A DNA stretch of 64,000 nt from the NCBI GenBank assembly GCA_046563655.1, contig CM102290.1, positions 4,836,001-4,900,000 on the forward strand, read 5' to 3'. The position numbers and the translations under genes are program-made. Position 1 is the first letter of the stretch; every line of letters begins with the position of its first letter. This document shows positions 11,799 through 24,300 of this stretch, in pieces. The notes under the pieces were generated by a model that saw nothing but the letters and a program-made list of their open reading frames with translations, ran no database searches and was not told the DNA's origin. Source of the DNA: Yuukianura sp. NJ FZ-2021 (lineage: Eukaryota).

Positions 11799-12071
11799 GT
11801 AAGCCGTCACTTTTTCTTCTCTAAATATGTAAACAAGGTAGGGCAGTGCTCAAAGGTTGAGCACAGGTCTTCTGGAGGAAGTTGACAATAATTGATGGCA
11901 CCTAAACCAACCTGCTTCAAAACTGGGGAAGAACTGACCTTGTCCCTTGTGTGTTTGCATGATGTCAGTTGCGAAATTTTTAACTTTAATTTAGGTAGTT
12001 TAATTAACTAAATTCTAAAAGATCCTAAATTCTAGCATAGTTTAAAATGTTTTTATTTGAATAACGGCCAA

Positions 12072-12198
12072 TAATCCGCGTTTTCCTCGTATAGAGCGCG
12101 TGTTTCCGCGTTTCCTCGTATAGTGCGCGGGTTTCCCCGTTTCCTCGTAAAGTGCGCGGTTTTCCGCCTTTTCCGCGTTCCGCCTTTTAGGGGATCCC
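12072..12198 (-). repeat. Right TIR with three ~29-bp internal repeats
   Basis: Three TTTCCTCGTA(T/A)AG(T/A)GCGCG units followed by the terminal ...CCGCCTTTTAGGGGATCCC. Confidence 0.9.
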
Positions 12199-13868
12199 GC
12201 ACACACAGACTCACGAATATGTAACTCCGTCACTTATGGGCAAAACCTGAAAAACCTTCGAGAAACGAAAAAATTTAGTAATTCCACGGCAGGCTTTTCA
12301 CTAAACATTTTCACCTACTTTTTACATTTCGATGATCATATTTTAACTGTTTTTAATATCAAGCGTTTGCGTTAGTGCTTGATTTCCTTGCTTTTTCATA
12401 AAACTCCATTCCTCGCTATAACGTGCCAAAACACTCAAACAAGAGTTAAAAGCAAGATACTGTAACTATAATAATGAGCCAGAATTAATGGTAAGGTTCG
12501 AGGCAGTTGTTAATACAAATCGACTGCTGTAGGCTAATCGGGGCCTATTTCATTCTTATCAAATATATTACTTTAACAAATTAATAAAAAAATTTGCCCG
12601 TTATTGAGAAGGGAAAAGGTGAGAAACGGTAGTGCCAGAGTGCAACCTGATTATATTAAGTTCATTTTTTTCCGAAGAATTTTTGCCTTCACTTTTCCCG
12701 CTACGGATAAGATGCCAAACTCAAGGTTTTTCGTTTAGAAAGTGTTACGTAAAGTTGAAATCTTATTACGATTAATCAAGCGATTTAAATTAAAACTTAA
12801 AGACTACTTCGTGTCCCACAGAAATAAGAGTGAAAATTAGACCCAAAAATATGATCCTTAGCTGACTATAAACAATACCCCAAGAACATACAAAAGTTAC
12901 GACCACGACCACGCTCGTTGCGTGGCTAGGTGCAATTGAGAGTAACAAACAATAAACTAGAAATGTCGATTTAGTGTTAATTTGAATTATGCAATTAAAA
13001 CGTTTTGTAATTTTTACAAAAGTAATCCAAAATTATCCATACTTTAAAATTTAATCCTAATTAAAATTACCAATTAAATATGCTTTTAGAACCCTTGTCG
13101 CCTCTTATTTAGTATTTTTTTTCTTTCATGTGAAATTTCCACGTCAACTACCATCAGACAACCAAGTACATTGCGTTGATGTCATGGTTGACTAGTTTTA
13201 TTTTTGGTGTGAGAGAAGAGCCGAAGTTAATTATAAATAAGTTTAATTATGTTTTTACATCATGAATTGGATGAGTTTTTGTGAATTACTAATTGAATTG
13301 AGGTAGTCTGAGTTTGTAGGTGGCGGTATGGTAGTTGTGTGTAGTCAGAGGCTATATAGCGGAGGCTTTAAGGGTGTTCGTTGTTCTAATTGAGGGAGAG
13401 TGAGGCATCTCTTCTCCAAGATCACTATATGACAACACAAGAAAGAAGAATAGTCAATAGACACTCTCTGGGTCAACCACTTCTGCACCACAGTTTTACT
13501 TAGAAATTAATTAACACTTACCCACACCAATTATTCTAGTTTCACAAACACCAATTACACCAGGGGAGGCCGCGGACACCCTCACTTTCAAGCTGATTTC
13601 TTCAACAATACGTCTCAAGCCACCACTCACACTGACCTCCGACCTTTCTCAGTACTCAACCCATACTTAATGCTCATCCACGACAAGGTCAGGGTCTTTC
13701 GAGACCAATGGGTACGTCTCTACACAACAACTGCAACTGGATAACGGACCTGGTCAATTCGTCCCCAACCAAAGCTACTTTACCCGGTGATTCCTTTTAC
13801 TTTCATCTTCCCGTTGTTGGCCCTGTTCAAACTTCTTCCACATTCATCATCATCATGAAGATGTGGAT

Positions 13869-16800
13869 ATGGAGGTGTACAGCAGCAACGTAAGAATAAT
13901 TTTTAAAAAGACTATTTTTTTTGGGTAAATAAGAATATGAAAAGTCACTGGATGTGAAGTCAAATCTCGCCAGTGAGTGAAATGAAATGTTACTCGACCT
14001 CCTTTTCTTAAAGAACTTTCTCCAATTCCCTACCACACAAGTTCTCTAACTTGTCTCAACTGACTTTATTATTTTTGTTTCAGAATCCATTTAATATGCG
14101 ACAACACAATTTGAATACCCTTCACCTACAAGGAACAACACCCGTTACTAAGCTGAAGACAGGGTTAACCTTTCCAACGGTTTCAATGTCTTTCTCAACT
14201 ACCACTACGGCAAAGTCTCTCGATCTCCTTCGTCAAAACATTCAACGCTCAGTTAATCAAGATATCAGAAATGTTATTTCTAAATATATGGAGGTGAGTG
14301 AAAGCTGGACATTGAATATGGCTATTTACGCAAATTACTAAATTACCTATGGTTTTGAACTTCACAACTAACATAATCAGTTTTGCTTAATTCCACAGCT
14401 ATTCTTCAAACCCGGTATAGAGAATATTAGAAGTAATTCTGGTCCTGACTCTGTCACTGATGATCATATTCACACCATGTGCCGTCAAATCCTCGAAGAT
14501 GCCAAGAAGATGTACCCTGGCCGCTCTTCTACTCCGTCCCCTTCGTCTATGTCCTGCAGTACTGGAAGTGCAATAGATCACGAGTCATCGGACTATTCAC
14601 AAAGTCACAGCCAAATTAGCAATGATCAAGTCAAGGTCCCTCATTCGGTACGACTGTCTCTGCATTTCCCTATCCAGTATAATTCAACACTGCAATAATG
14701 TGGAATTGGTTGTATTCTTTAGAGCCCAACGTTTGGAATTAAACGTGAATCGGATGATACCGACTCTGAAGCGAGCTCAATGTCGAATGCAAGCAAGAAG
14801 ATGAAGAAAGCAGCCAATAATAAAGGCAGCAAGGCTAACGATAGCTCTGTAGGAAACAATAATGCAATTAACAATGGGTCAGCGACAAAACCAAAGAAAC
14901 CGTCCGGTCCATCGCGGAAGCATGTGGCCAACTGGGAACTGGAAAAGCTAATTCCAGACACTCTGTTTATCATGGGAGCCAAGTAAGTATTTTCAACTTC
15001 AGTTATGCAAAACTATCTGATTGAGGAATGAATGGTCAGCTAATAACATTTTCTGATTTCGAAAGTAAAGGCGATTGTGAAGAATCAATCATAACTTGTA
15101 TGTATTCCTAGGGCCAACAAAGCACTTGGATTTGCTCAAACACGCGGTCGTCTTTACGTTAAGCATCCAGGCCTGTTTAAGTACGCTAGCGATTCTGATG
15201 ACAAAGAATGGCTGTCAAAGAACAAGCTAATGCCTGCCACTGGAGGACGAGCCTACATAATGTTACTGGAAGATATTGAAAAATTGGCCCAAGACAACAA
15301 GTGAGTGAACTTTATTCACCTGCCGATTCACGAACAAAGTTTTCTGTGTTTTTTATAGATACCTTGCACTGGGAACATATAACTTTCTAACTACTAACAA
15401 AGTAGAACCGGTTTTATTAGGCTTTTGAATAATTTATTGTTATTGTTTTCAGAACAATTTTTTTTTCCTTCCTGGACAATTGAGTTAATTCTATTTCTTT
15501 TACTTACAGATTGAACGTGACAATTAATTACGATGACATAAAGGGATTTCGTGTTCCCGACTTTATTTTAGAAAAGATGAAGTCGTACATTTCAAAATGG
15601 AAGAAGTTATATGCTGAGGAAGCCCAAAAGCCCGCTATTCCTGCCAACAGGAACCGAACGCAGAACTGTATGACTGTGAACCTTGGTAGTAGCACTGTCC
15701 CTGCTAATTCAGCACAGCCAAACGCAAATGGAACTACGACCAATTTACCGTCGATCAATCCTCCACCACCACCATTACCTCTTCATTCGCCCATGCAGCC
15801 TTCTCAAAAACCTCATCCTCACGCCCATAACAATTCGCAGAATCTAAACAGTTACCACATCAGTGGGAATTCTATCGCGAACAACGTTATGTACGAACAG
15901 GAGTTAATGCCTCTTCCTCAACAAACTCATGACTTGGGTGAGATGCGAGAATTTCTTCAAATGGAGAAACCCCCACCGATGTACCCGGGTCACTCGGGTC
16001 AGGTTCACAACATGCAATCTAACCAGTCTTCTCATGGTGGCTATGTCCACTCTACGCATTTAGACCCCATTGAACAGGCAATAACAAAAGGAGATTGGAG
16101 TGGTGTTTCCGATAGGAGTCTCTTACAATACGCATTGCAGGTAACTTCATAGTGCAATTTAATTACACCAATCTGGAGCGACAACTATAAAGACTTGCGC
16201 CCGGTTGCAAGTCCTTCCCGCGTCGCAAATTCAAATTTTGCGACGTTTGGTACTCAAGAAACCGGGAGCAAGTAGGATCGCAAGAGGATAGCAACTCTTG
16301 CCATCCTCCTTCTCTTTCTCCATTGAAACCTTTCTCCTAGCAGGAGAATCCCTACCTATAAAGAGCTCCTCCTCTCAGTAGCATAGCAACTTCCGTGATA
16401 TCTTTGCGGCTAGTCGAGACTAGCCGCAAACTTGCTACTTGAATGGTTATTAAAGATTAGAATCTAAATATAAGCACTACTAAGTGAATTAACACATGTA
16501 ACAACAGCCTAACATTTTCTAAGCATATTTTAAGCATACCCTAATCATAATACCGTCACTTTATGAAGTTGTATTACTATTGCTAATGGAATTATGTGAT
16601 AGGCATATGAGTTGCTTTGAAAGATGGAAGTTAATCCTGTTCTGGGGTTCTTTACAAAAGAACCCTTTTAAATTACCCCGTTTTGGTTAAAGTTTTACAT
16701 TATAAGGCCTCAATAACCAATTCTACTTCATAATTGCCTTAAAGATCGAACAATACGTGATAACAACAATAAACGATGACAACTAATAGGTACATGTGTG

Positions 16801-17474
16801 TCTAAAAGTATTACGATAATTGTAATACTTGAAAAAAGACAATTGTCACATGCACTTATTGTTCCAAACATTGTGCCAGCACGTCTCATCCGTGTTGTCA
16901 ACTTCGAGATTTTGAACTTTTGTGAGGAGGAAGCCACTCAGCTCCTCCTCCGATCGCAGTTTGGAGAAAAGTCCGTCAACTTTGCCACCGAGAGAGAAAG
17001 AGTTTCATGAGTACCAAATTGTCAAAGTCGCAGACAAGTGTAGCAAGCAAATTTGCTCTAGCAGATTTGCAACCACTCTTTATAGTTATCGCTCCTGAGG
17101 TGTACTAAAGTGATGTATTTGTATTGTATAGAGTACGCGAAATCTAGGATCATGGGACCCCCAGGATTCGTTTGACTTGATTGATAGTGTTACGAACGGG
17201 AACATCTCGATTCCTGGAAGCATGGGAGAAATGGAAAAATGGGAGAGACTTTCTTCTGGAATAGCAGGTGAGTCAGATTTAAAAATGTGCCAAACTTTAT
17301 AACCTGTCTGCCTGTTTTTAAATTAACTGTTTCAATTTAGGCGAGATTTCTCCACTCCTGCAAATTTCACCTGACGCCGGATCACATCTAACTGCGCCGC
17401 CACTGGGACCAGTGAGTCCTAACTGTGAGCTAAGTGCAGTACTGGATCAGGCCTTTCACTACCCCGACACATGA
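13869..17474 (+). CDS. DNTTIP1: Deoxynucleotidyltransferase terminal-interacting protein 1 (MiDAC HDAC-complex subunit), 8 coding exons, ~609 aa
   Basis: Exons 13869-13889, 14084-14293, 14399-14647, 14723-14982, 15112-15300, 15510-16140, 17132-17267, 17341-17474, phases consistent. Motifs: NPFNM, SLDLLRQNIQRSVNQDI..KYM (dimerisation domain), FIMGAKANKALG..TRGRLYVKHPGLFKY..D..DKEWL..MPATGG.AY..LEDI, GFRVPDFILEKMK. The start codon, the exon-3 donor and the last two exons are less certain than the core. Confidence 0.92.
16166..17102. mobile_element. Non-autonomous DNA transposon/MITE (937 bp) in DNTTIP1 intron 6
   Basis: Imperfect TIRs CACCAATCTGGAGCGACAACTATAAAGA vs CACCTCAGGAGCGATAACTATAAAGA (reverse complement of the right end), both followed by GGTTGCAA. 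TA on both flanks (16164-16165, 17103-17104). Removing it shrinks the gene's longest intron (991 nt) to ~52 nt. Confidence 0.72.
16403..16430. repeat. Perfect 13-bp-arm palindrome TTTGCGGCTAGTC-GA-GACTAGCCGCAAA
   Basis: Read directly; lies inside the intronic element. Confidence 0.9.
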
Positions 17475-18297
17475 GGAACAAAAACCAAAACTTCATTCAA
17501 GTATCGGTTGATTCTCACGACGAAATATTTTAGGGACGAAGTGAAGTACGAAAGTTAATTTACTACAAGAAAGTAAGTTATTACATAATAGCATGTTTCA
17601 GTTAAGTGACTTTTCTAGAGAGCTAATGAGCATGAAAGGCCAGCATTTATCAAAATGACATGAAAGTTTTAAATTTAACTTGTTCCAAAAAGAAATCATT
17701 ATTGTCTTATAAAGTATTTTCGCACACTTGAAGGCACAAATGATTTTTCTTACTCGGTGAGGTATGGTGTGATAAGTCCAGACAGACGCCTCAATAATTC
17801 TATAAGTTTTACACTTAATGTGGAAATTTAGTACTATTAAGACGAATACGATGGACTCGACCACTTATAACTGTTTACTGTGAAGTTGTAAGGACTTGAA
17901 AAATGTACTTACCGTAATTTTTGTTTTTTGTTTTGTTAAACTCAATTTTAAAATGCTATTTTTTGCAAGCTCATGTTTGTAACCTAAGAATTTCATCAAT
18001 GCGAATGATAGGGTCAAAACAGGACAATTCTAGAAATACTTGGTGTATTATATAATTTTAATTATTTTCATCTAAGTACTTTTGTTTTGTTTATGGAACG
18101 GATATCTTGTGGAACTGTCGTCGGTTAACGGTTAGTTACGACAGTTGGGCTGGTAGCTGTGGAAAATTCATGCACTTGTTGTTATAGTCCTTGAACAGTC
18201 TTCACAAAGCACAAATCACAATCACATTTGTATTGTCATGTTTTTTTTTTTATATTTTAGTTACAAAATTATGTTAAGCATTGTTCTTTTTTTTTGT

Positions 18298-18303
18298 ATT
18301 AAA
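18298..18303 (+). terminator. Possible poly(A) signal (ATTAAA) of DNTTIP1
   Basis: Ends an ~830-nt U-rich stretch after the stop codon and is followed by GT-rich sequence. Confidence 0.35.
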
Positions 18304-21300
18304 TGTTTTTGTTTATGATAGAAACACCTAAATTCCAGTGTCACCGGTACGAATGTCAAAAGAGTCATAAATAGTTTTAACGGGACGAATTGCAGAGATT
18401 AATGGTATGCTGAGAAATGACTCTTCTATAGTAGTTAAGACAAAACCTCAGCTAAAGTTGTTTTTACTCTATCCTGCTCTAACTCACTTTTATTTTATTG
18501 CAATGGAACCCCACTTAAATAATAATGATGAGTCCAAAATATTTAAATAACTGAATTTATGTAATAAACTGTTGGAACCGACTCAGTACCACGTCTAACC
18601 CCTACAATTTTTTTTCGCACCCCATAACTTTCATTATGTCAATTTTTTAACTTACAGGCTCTAATCATCACCCCAGCACGTTTCCTCTTTGTTTCTAAGA
18701 TGAGACGATACCGTGGAGACATGGATGTGAAATGTGAAAGCATGGCACGTTTATCACCCCCTTGTTTGGGGTGACATGGACTCTAATGTCACCAGAAGCC
18801 ATATCGACATGACAAAACAATAGGTTGACTGGCGATGCCAGGACAGGGAATTCCTTTGCCAAAAAATACAAAGGTCATTCCCTCCAGTCTTTTGTTGTAT
18901 ATTCATTTTGAGTCCATACTCCACTGGATCCTTTCATAACTTTCTCTCTACAAGGGAGAAAGTTGTGCTTTGTGAGGCAGGACCTCCCTACTTCTCTGAT
19001 TCACAGAATGGGCCATAAAATGAACATAATCGTTTTCATAATCGTGAATAATCTGATATGGGGTCTAACCTTCCCATGGAACAGCATGCAGAGGGCCCAA
19101 GGGACTTCTGCTGCCCTCAAAGTCCCCAGGGAGTCGCTGTCAACGCTTTGTACTACAATTCCTACTCCTACACTATTTCTGCCTGGAATACTGGAAGATG
19201 GTACTACCACGGAGAGGAATTTGTAGAGAAAATTTGTCTATCCCTGCCAAAGTATAGCACAAGAACTTCACTCCCTCGACCAGATTGACGGATTTCATAC
19301 TTAAACTGAAACCATTAATTACAAAGTTTTGACTTAATGGAAACTTTGTGGGAGAAAAGAGCTTTAAAGGCTGGACTTGCGGTGGTAGCCAAAAGGCAAG
19401 ACGCTTGATGATCTCTGACTCTTAAGTTTTGTGACTCTCTTTCCCGTTTGGTTGAAGCTTATGGTGTCATGGTGGTTAAAGGTTCTATTTTAGAAGAGAA
19501 ACAAGACGGAAATTAATGGACGTGTTAGTCAATAAAGTGCAGCGAAAGTTCTTATTTAACACCAAGAGCCATAGTCTTAAGCAACTTAACTTTTCTAATA
19601 GAACTTGGACTTTCAAAACTTTGGAGAAGCTTATGCTTTCACTTTCTGCTTTCTTTGGTCTCCCATAATGAATTTGTTTCCTACTATTTTCTACCCATAA
19701 AACTAAGGAAGAAAGGAAACGACAAATTTCAACAAAAAATATAGTAATTTCAAACAATTTTCTACTAAAAATCAATTCACTGGAAGTCATGCTCCGCTGG
19801 AAATCCAACATCTTGTTGTTTAAAAAGTTTAAAAAAAGTCGTCTTCTTCCATAAGAAGATCTTGATTGACTGACTTTAGATGATGAGCTATTTACAGCAA
19901 AGTAGACAAAGAAGTAAACACCTTAACCCAACGGCAAGTGTCAAAAGTAGAGTGGATGTAGGCGTTGATTTTGTAATTGGCGTAACTGCTGAAGAGAAAG
20001 TTGTTGGAAATGAATTACTAGTTACTTGCCTAACTACCAAAAGAACTAAGGCTATCATCCGGTCTACGTCGTAGGTTGTTAGGTTGAAATGGACTATGGG
20101 AATGGCGCCAGTTTGGACTTGAACTTAGCGTCGGAAGCTGTGAATGAGGACTTCCGTTGGCAGATTAGTAGAACGGGATATTAAAATATATTAATGGTAG
20201 CGGAAGAAGGAGAAAGTTGGCTGGGATTCTTGAGACTTGGGGAGCAGTTTTAGGATGGTTCGTCTATGGCTGTTAGGATAGGTTAGGCTGTTCCTACATC
20301 CTAAATGGCCCTCTTCCTCTTTACCAAGGGGAAAGAACCAACATCAAACTTTTTCCTAATTGAATCCAATGGCCCTAACACACTATTGGGACAAATCAAG
20401 GAGAACCAGAGGGGTCAAAGGGTCAGTTGAGTAAAACACAAACTACTTTTCCCGTTGTTGGCCATCAAGTCAATCATGTCATTTGGTCGACAGCAGCGAC
20501 CTCCTTTCTCCTTCCAAGCTGAAATTAAAATGGATAGTTAAGTTCCCTTGTTCATTCTGAAACCAGGAGATTTTCGGCCATCAAAACTTTTGCAATTACT
20601 GTTAAAGCTCAGCAGCTCCTGCCCTTCCTTCTCTGTATAACGACAGACAGATACGGAGGAGACTCAACTTTCACTGTGTGAGGAAATTAGAAACAAAGAC
20701 TACTCTCCCGTCGAAAGCTTTCTAAGTCCGCTCACTTTTCAATTAATAAAAAATATGAGAAAGGCGGCTGGATCAGTGCAACGATAGCTTTATAGCCGAG
20801 ATGTGGGGTAGGAGTTGGAATTGAATTAAAGATAAACTAACCGAGACAGCTTAAGAAAATATTTTGACAAGAGTCAAGAAGTGATTTGAATTTTAAGTTT
20901 ATAGAACAAGTTTCAACTTTCAATTTAATTTAATTTTGTCTTTATTTTCTGTGCTCCGTTGAAAATTCAAAATTTCAAGAGAAGCTGCATTGCAGGTGAA
21001 GCCTCAATCAAATTCCAACCCAAATTGTTTTTCAGAGTTTTCAGAGCAAATAATCTAAAAACAGAAAAAGACAGTTTAAAAAAAACACATTGCTTTCCTC
21101 TTAAAATAAAGTCTTCGAGTCCACCCAGCAGAGTAATTGGAATCCGTAAAATGCCTCCTCCCGACTGTAAATTTTAATGTTTAATTCCACTTTAAGTTTT
21201 CTTCACTTTCATTACCATTTCAATTTAATTTTCCGTGATTCTTTTCTTAGATTAAAAGTTACTAAACGCCCTGCCTTTCTGTCTTCTTCTCCTTGGAAAA

Positions 21301-24300
21301 GTTTCTTATTTGGAGAGGATTCAATGGTGTTCAACTTTGATTTACACTTTATCCCCTCCGCCTCCTCCTCCAGGAACTTTCTCCAGGAAAATGTGAATCT
21401 TGAATCCTCTGGACCATTTTCACTTGAGTCCATCATCAAAGGCACAAGTGGAGACTACTACTACTGCCAGTACTATTGCAAGAAGACTAGGATTTTTGTA
21501 GAGACTGTAGGACCCAAAACGGTTTCGCCTCCTACAATAAACAAGCCTTTTGTTCCAGGCACCTTGGTGGGAAAAGTAAAAGTGAAAGCAGAAAAAAGTC
21601 GGAAGAGATGGCGCATTGCTTCCACTTGAAGCCAGCCAAACGACGAAGGACGACGTGACATTTTCCAAGAGGCCTAAACCCCTTGAGCCACTAATTTGAG
21701 TTTCCTTCTTTCTCTTTGTCCTAGTCCTACTTTGTTCCTTTTGGCTCCACCGTACCCACCACCGCCACCATTTCTCGACGCCTAGATTAGGAAACCAACT
21801 TTCTCCAAAGTTTCAAAATTCTCCCTACGTCGCTAGGTACTAAACGCACAGGAGTTCGCGAAGAGTGGAAAAGAATGGAGGAAGTATTATATGAATTATA
21901 AAATCAGAACCTCTGTAAGAATTAACCCTGCAGCTTCCTTCACGCTCTTTTCCATGTCCGCGACCCTGTTCCCCCCACAACTTATGAGCCAATTTAAACT
22001 GAAATATTTGTCACTAATTCCATCTGGGAAGATCTGTGAAGTAATAATTTCTTGGCAAGTTCTGGAAAGGACTCAAACCGCAAAGATGCCAAGATACCTC
22101 CGAGCCTTACACATAGGGAAATAGGAGCTCAAAGTGAGACAAGATTTTACATGTGTTTAAATGGGATTGCTTGTCTCAGTTTGGGCTCCTTTTTCCCTGT
22201 GTGCCTTATTCCCCCTACACCATCTTCTTACATACCGCGGTGGATCACTATACTTGAGAAGGCCAAGTTAACGTAGAATCTTGGGTTAGTTCCATTGTTC
22301 TGTGACACGAACCTTATTCCGCAAGATCCTTAAACCTTTATTTCATGTTCACCACCAGGAAATTGGGCTCTTTGGAAATTTTTTACAAAAAGAACTTGAA
22401 CTGCAGCCAACATTCAGGTTTCCAACGTCCATCTACCACGTCCTGCGAACCTTGGCTTTCACTTTAACTAGTCCTTTTTTTCTAACTTTGATTCTGGCTC
22501 AGTCGGCTTTTCTTAATCGAAGAAAATGAATTTAATCAATCAACCTAAACTTTGTAGCTCATTTCCAGTAATTGCCTATATAAGATTTAATTACTTTGAT
22601 CAAGAATAGGAGCATTTCCTTCTAGATTTATTCGAGAGGAGACAGGAGCCAAGAAATTGTCATTGAACCTTAGTAATTGATTGGAAGTTGGAGGGTAGGG
22701 AGACAAGGAAGATCCTCGCACTTTGGAAACCGGAGACATGGAATCAATTTCCTAGGGAAGCCATGTCAGGCAATGGAGAAAGTTTTAGTCTAGGAACAAG
22801 GCTAAGCCTTAACACACCACGGATCTCGACAAAAAGAAATACACACACATGGGAAAACGGAACGTTTCCAGTCCGCTTGTATTTTCTAACATTCTTCACC
22901 TTTGTACAGCTCCGTAACTCTGCATTTTCTATTCTAATGGACTCGGAGGTCAAAAGCTAAGACAAGGTCACAGACAAAAAGTTACGCGTAGACCATTCTG
23001 TTCAAGCAACCAAAATTTTGTAATCGATACTTTCCCTATTCGGATTTACATGTTGTTTTTTTTTTGTGTGAATTCAACATATTTTACGGTCATGTTTTAC
23101 CCTTTCTTTACGAAAACAACATCATCCAAATCTAGTTATTCTAACACACCTTTTTCCTTCCAAGCAGCAAACATTTCCGCCTATTTTTAAGTTCGCAACG
23201 ATTCTACAATCTACTTCTTACATTCAATTTGAAACCGCTTGCCTAGCATTACTCGAAAATGTTGCAAATCTCATTGTTAGTAACATTTTGGCATTTCTGG
23301 AGGTCGAGGGAGAAGTGAAAGTGCTAAGCCCTAACACATTCTGAAAATTCTGGAACGATTGGAAAGGACTATGGTTAGGCCAACAGAGGCGCATTTTGTA
23401 GTTCACAGTTTGAGAAATTCGTAAATCAATCCCAGAGGAGGAAAGCCGTCTTGGAGATACATCCTGGATTCCAAAATGTGTCCTTTCGCAACCTCACATA
23501 ATTCAAACTTTTGCGGTAGAAAAGAGTGGAGCTAAGCCTAAAAATGGACTGGAAAGTGGAAAGGGGCTCCAGTTTGAGGTGACAGCCTCTCCAGACGGAA
23601 ATGTCACAAGAATAAATCAATGGGAACTTTTACAATTCCGGAGTATTGGAGGGCCTAATGAAGATGGACTTGAAATGTAGAATGGATATCAAATTGAAAT
23701 GTTAAAAAAAATATAAAAGTGTAGCAAAAGACAGGACGCGTGTGGTGGAAAGTGTTGTTTTGATTTGCAGGACCAAAAAGCATTCCTTTGCATGTATGTA
23801 TGACAGTTTCATGCAAAGTCTAAATGTAACCATGCCACCACGTAGTCATAAACTTGGCAGTTGAGACAAAAAATTTAAAATTACTTCTAGTATTATATCG
23901 TTTTGAGCTGTTGCCAGGTCACACAGTTACCACCAACTTGTCACCACTATTAAGATGTAAATATTTGAAAAGAAATGACTTCAAAATAGAAAAAAAGTAA
24001 CTTTTTAAGCCAAAATATGATGAGCATGTTATATCTCCTAAATCCCAGACTAAATTTTGGAGGTATAAGAGTAGTGAGTGTTGGAAAACTTGATTTAAGC
24101 AGACAGAGAAAGCTTATCCCTCCATCCAAAGTCCTTCCTGGAAGAGCTGACAGGGAATCGTCGTGCCTGAGTCTCAAAAGCGGTTCTAGGAATATTATCC
24201 CGTCAACTAACCTTTCTCCCTTGCTAACTTTCTACTACCCATTCCTTTACTACAAGGTATTGATTGAATCCAATGCGCCGAAACAACAAAAGGCAGCAGC

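Larger units (their letters stand above)
8888..12198. mobile_element. Non-autonomous Mutator-like (MULE/Foldback-type) DNA transposon carrying captured gene sequence (Pack-MULE-like)
   Basis: Terminal inverted repeats begin GGGATCCCCTAAAAGGCGGAACGCGG and match at 58 of the first 59 bp. Perfect 9-bp flanking direct repeat GCACACACA at 8879-8887 and 12199-12207. No transposase ORF recognised inside. The superfamily call rests on the 9-bp TSD, G-starting termini and long repeat-containing TIRs. Confidence 0.9.

Noticed and set aside
18754..18793. Overlapping short hairpins TCACCCC/GGGGTGA and GGTGACAT/ATGTCACC
   Set aside because: 7-8-bp stems are expected by chance in 64 kb.
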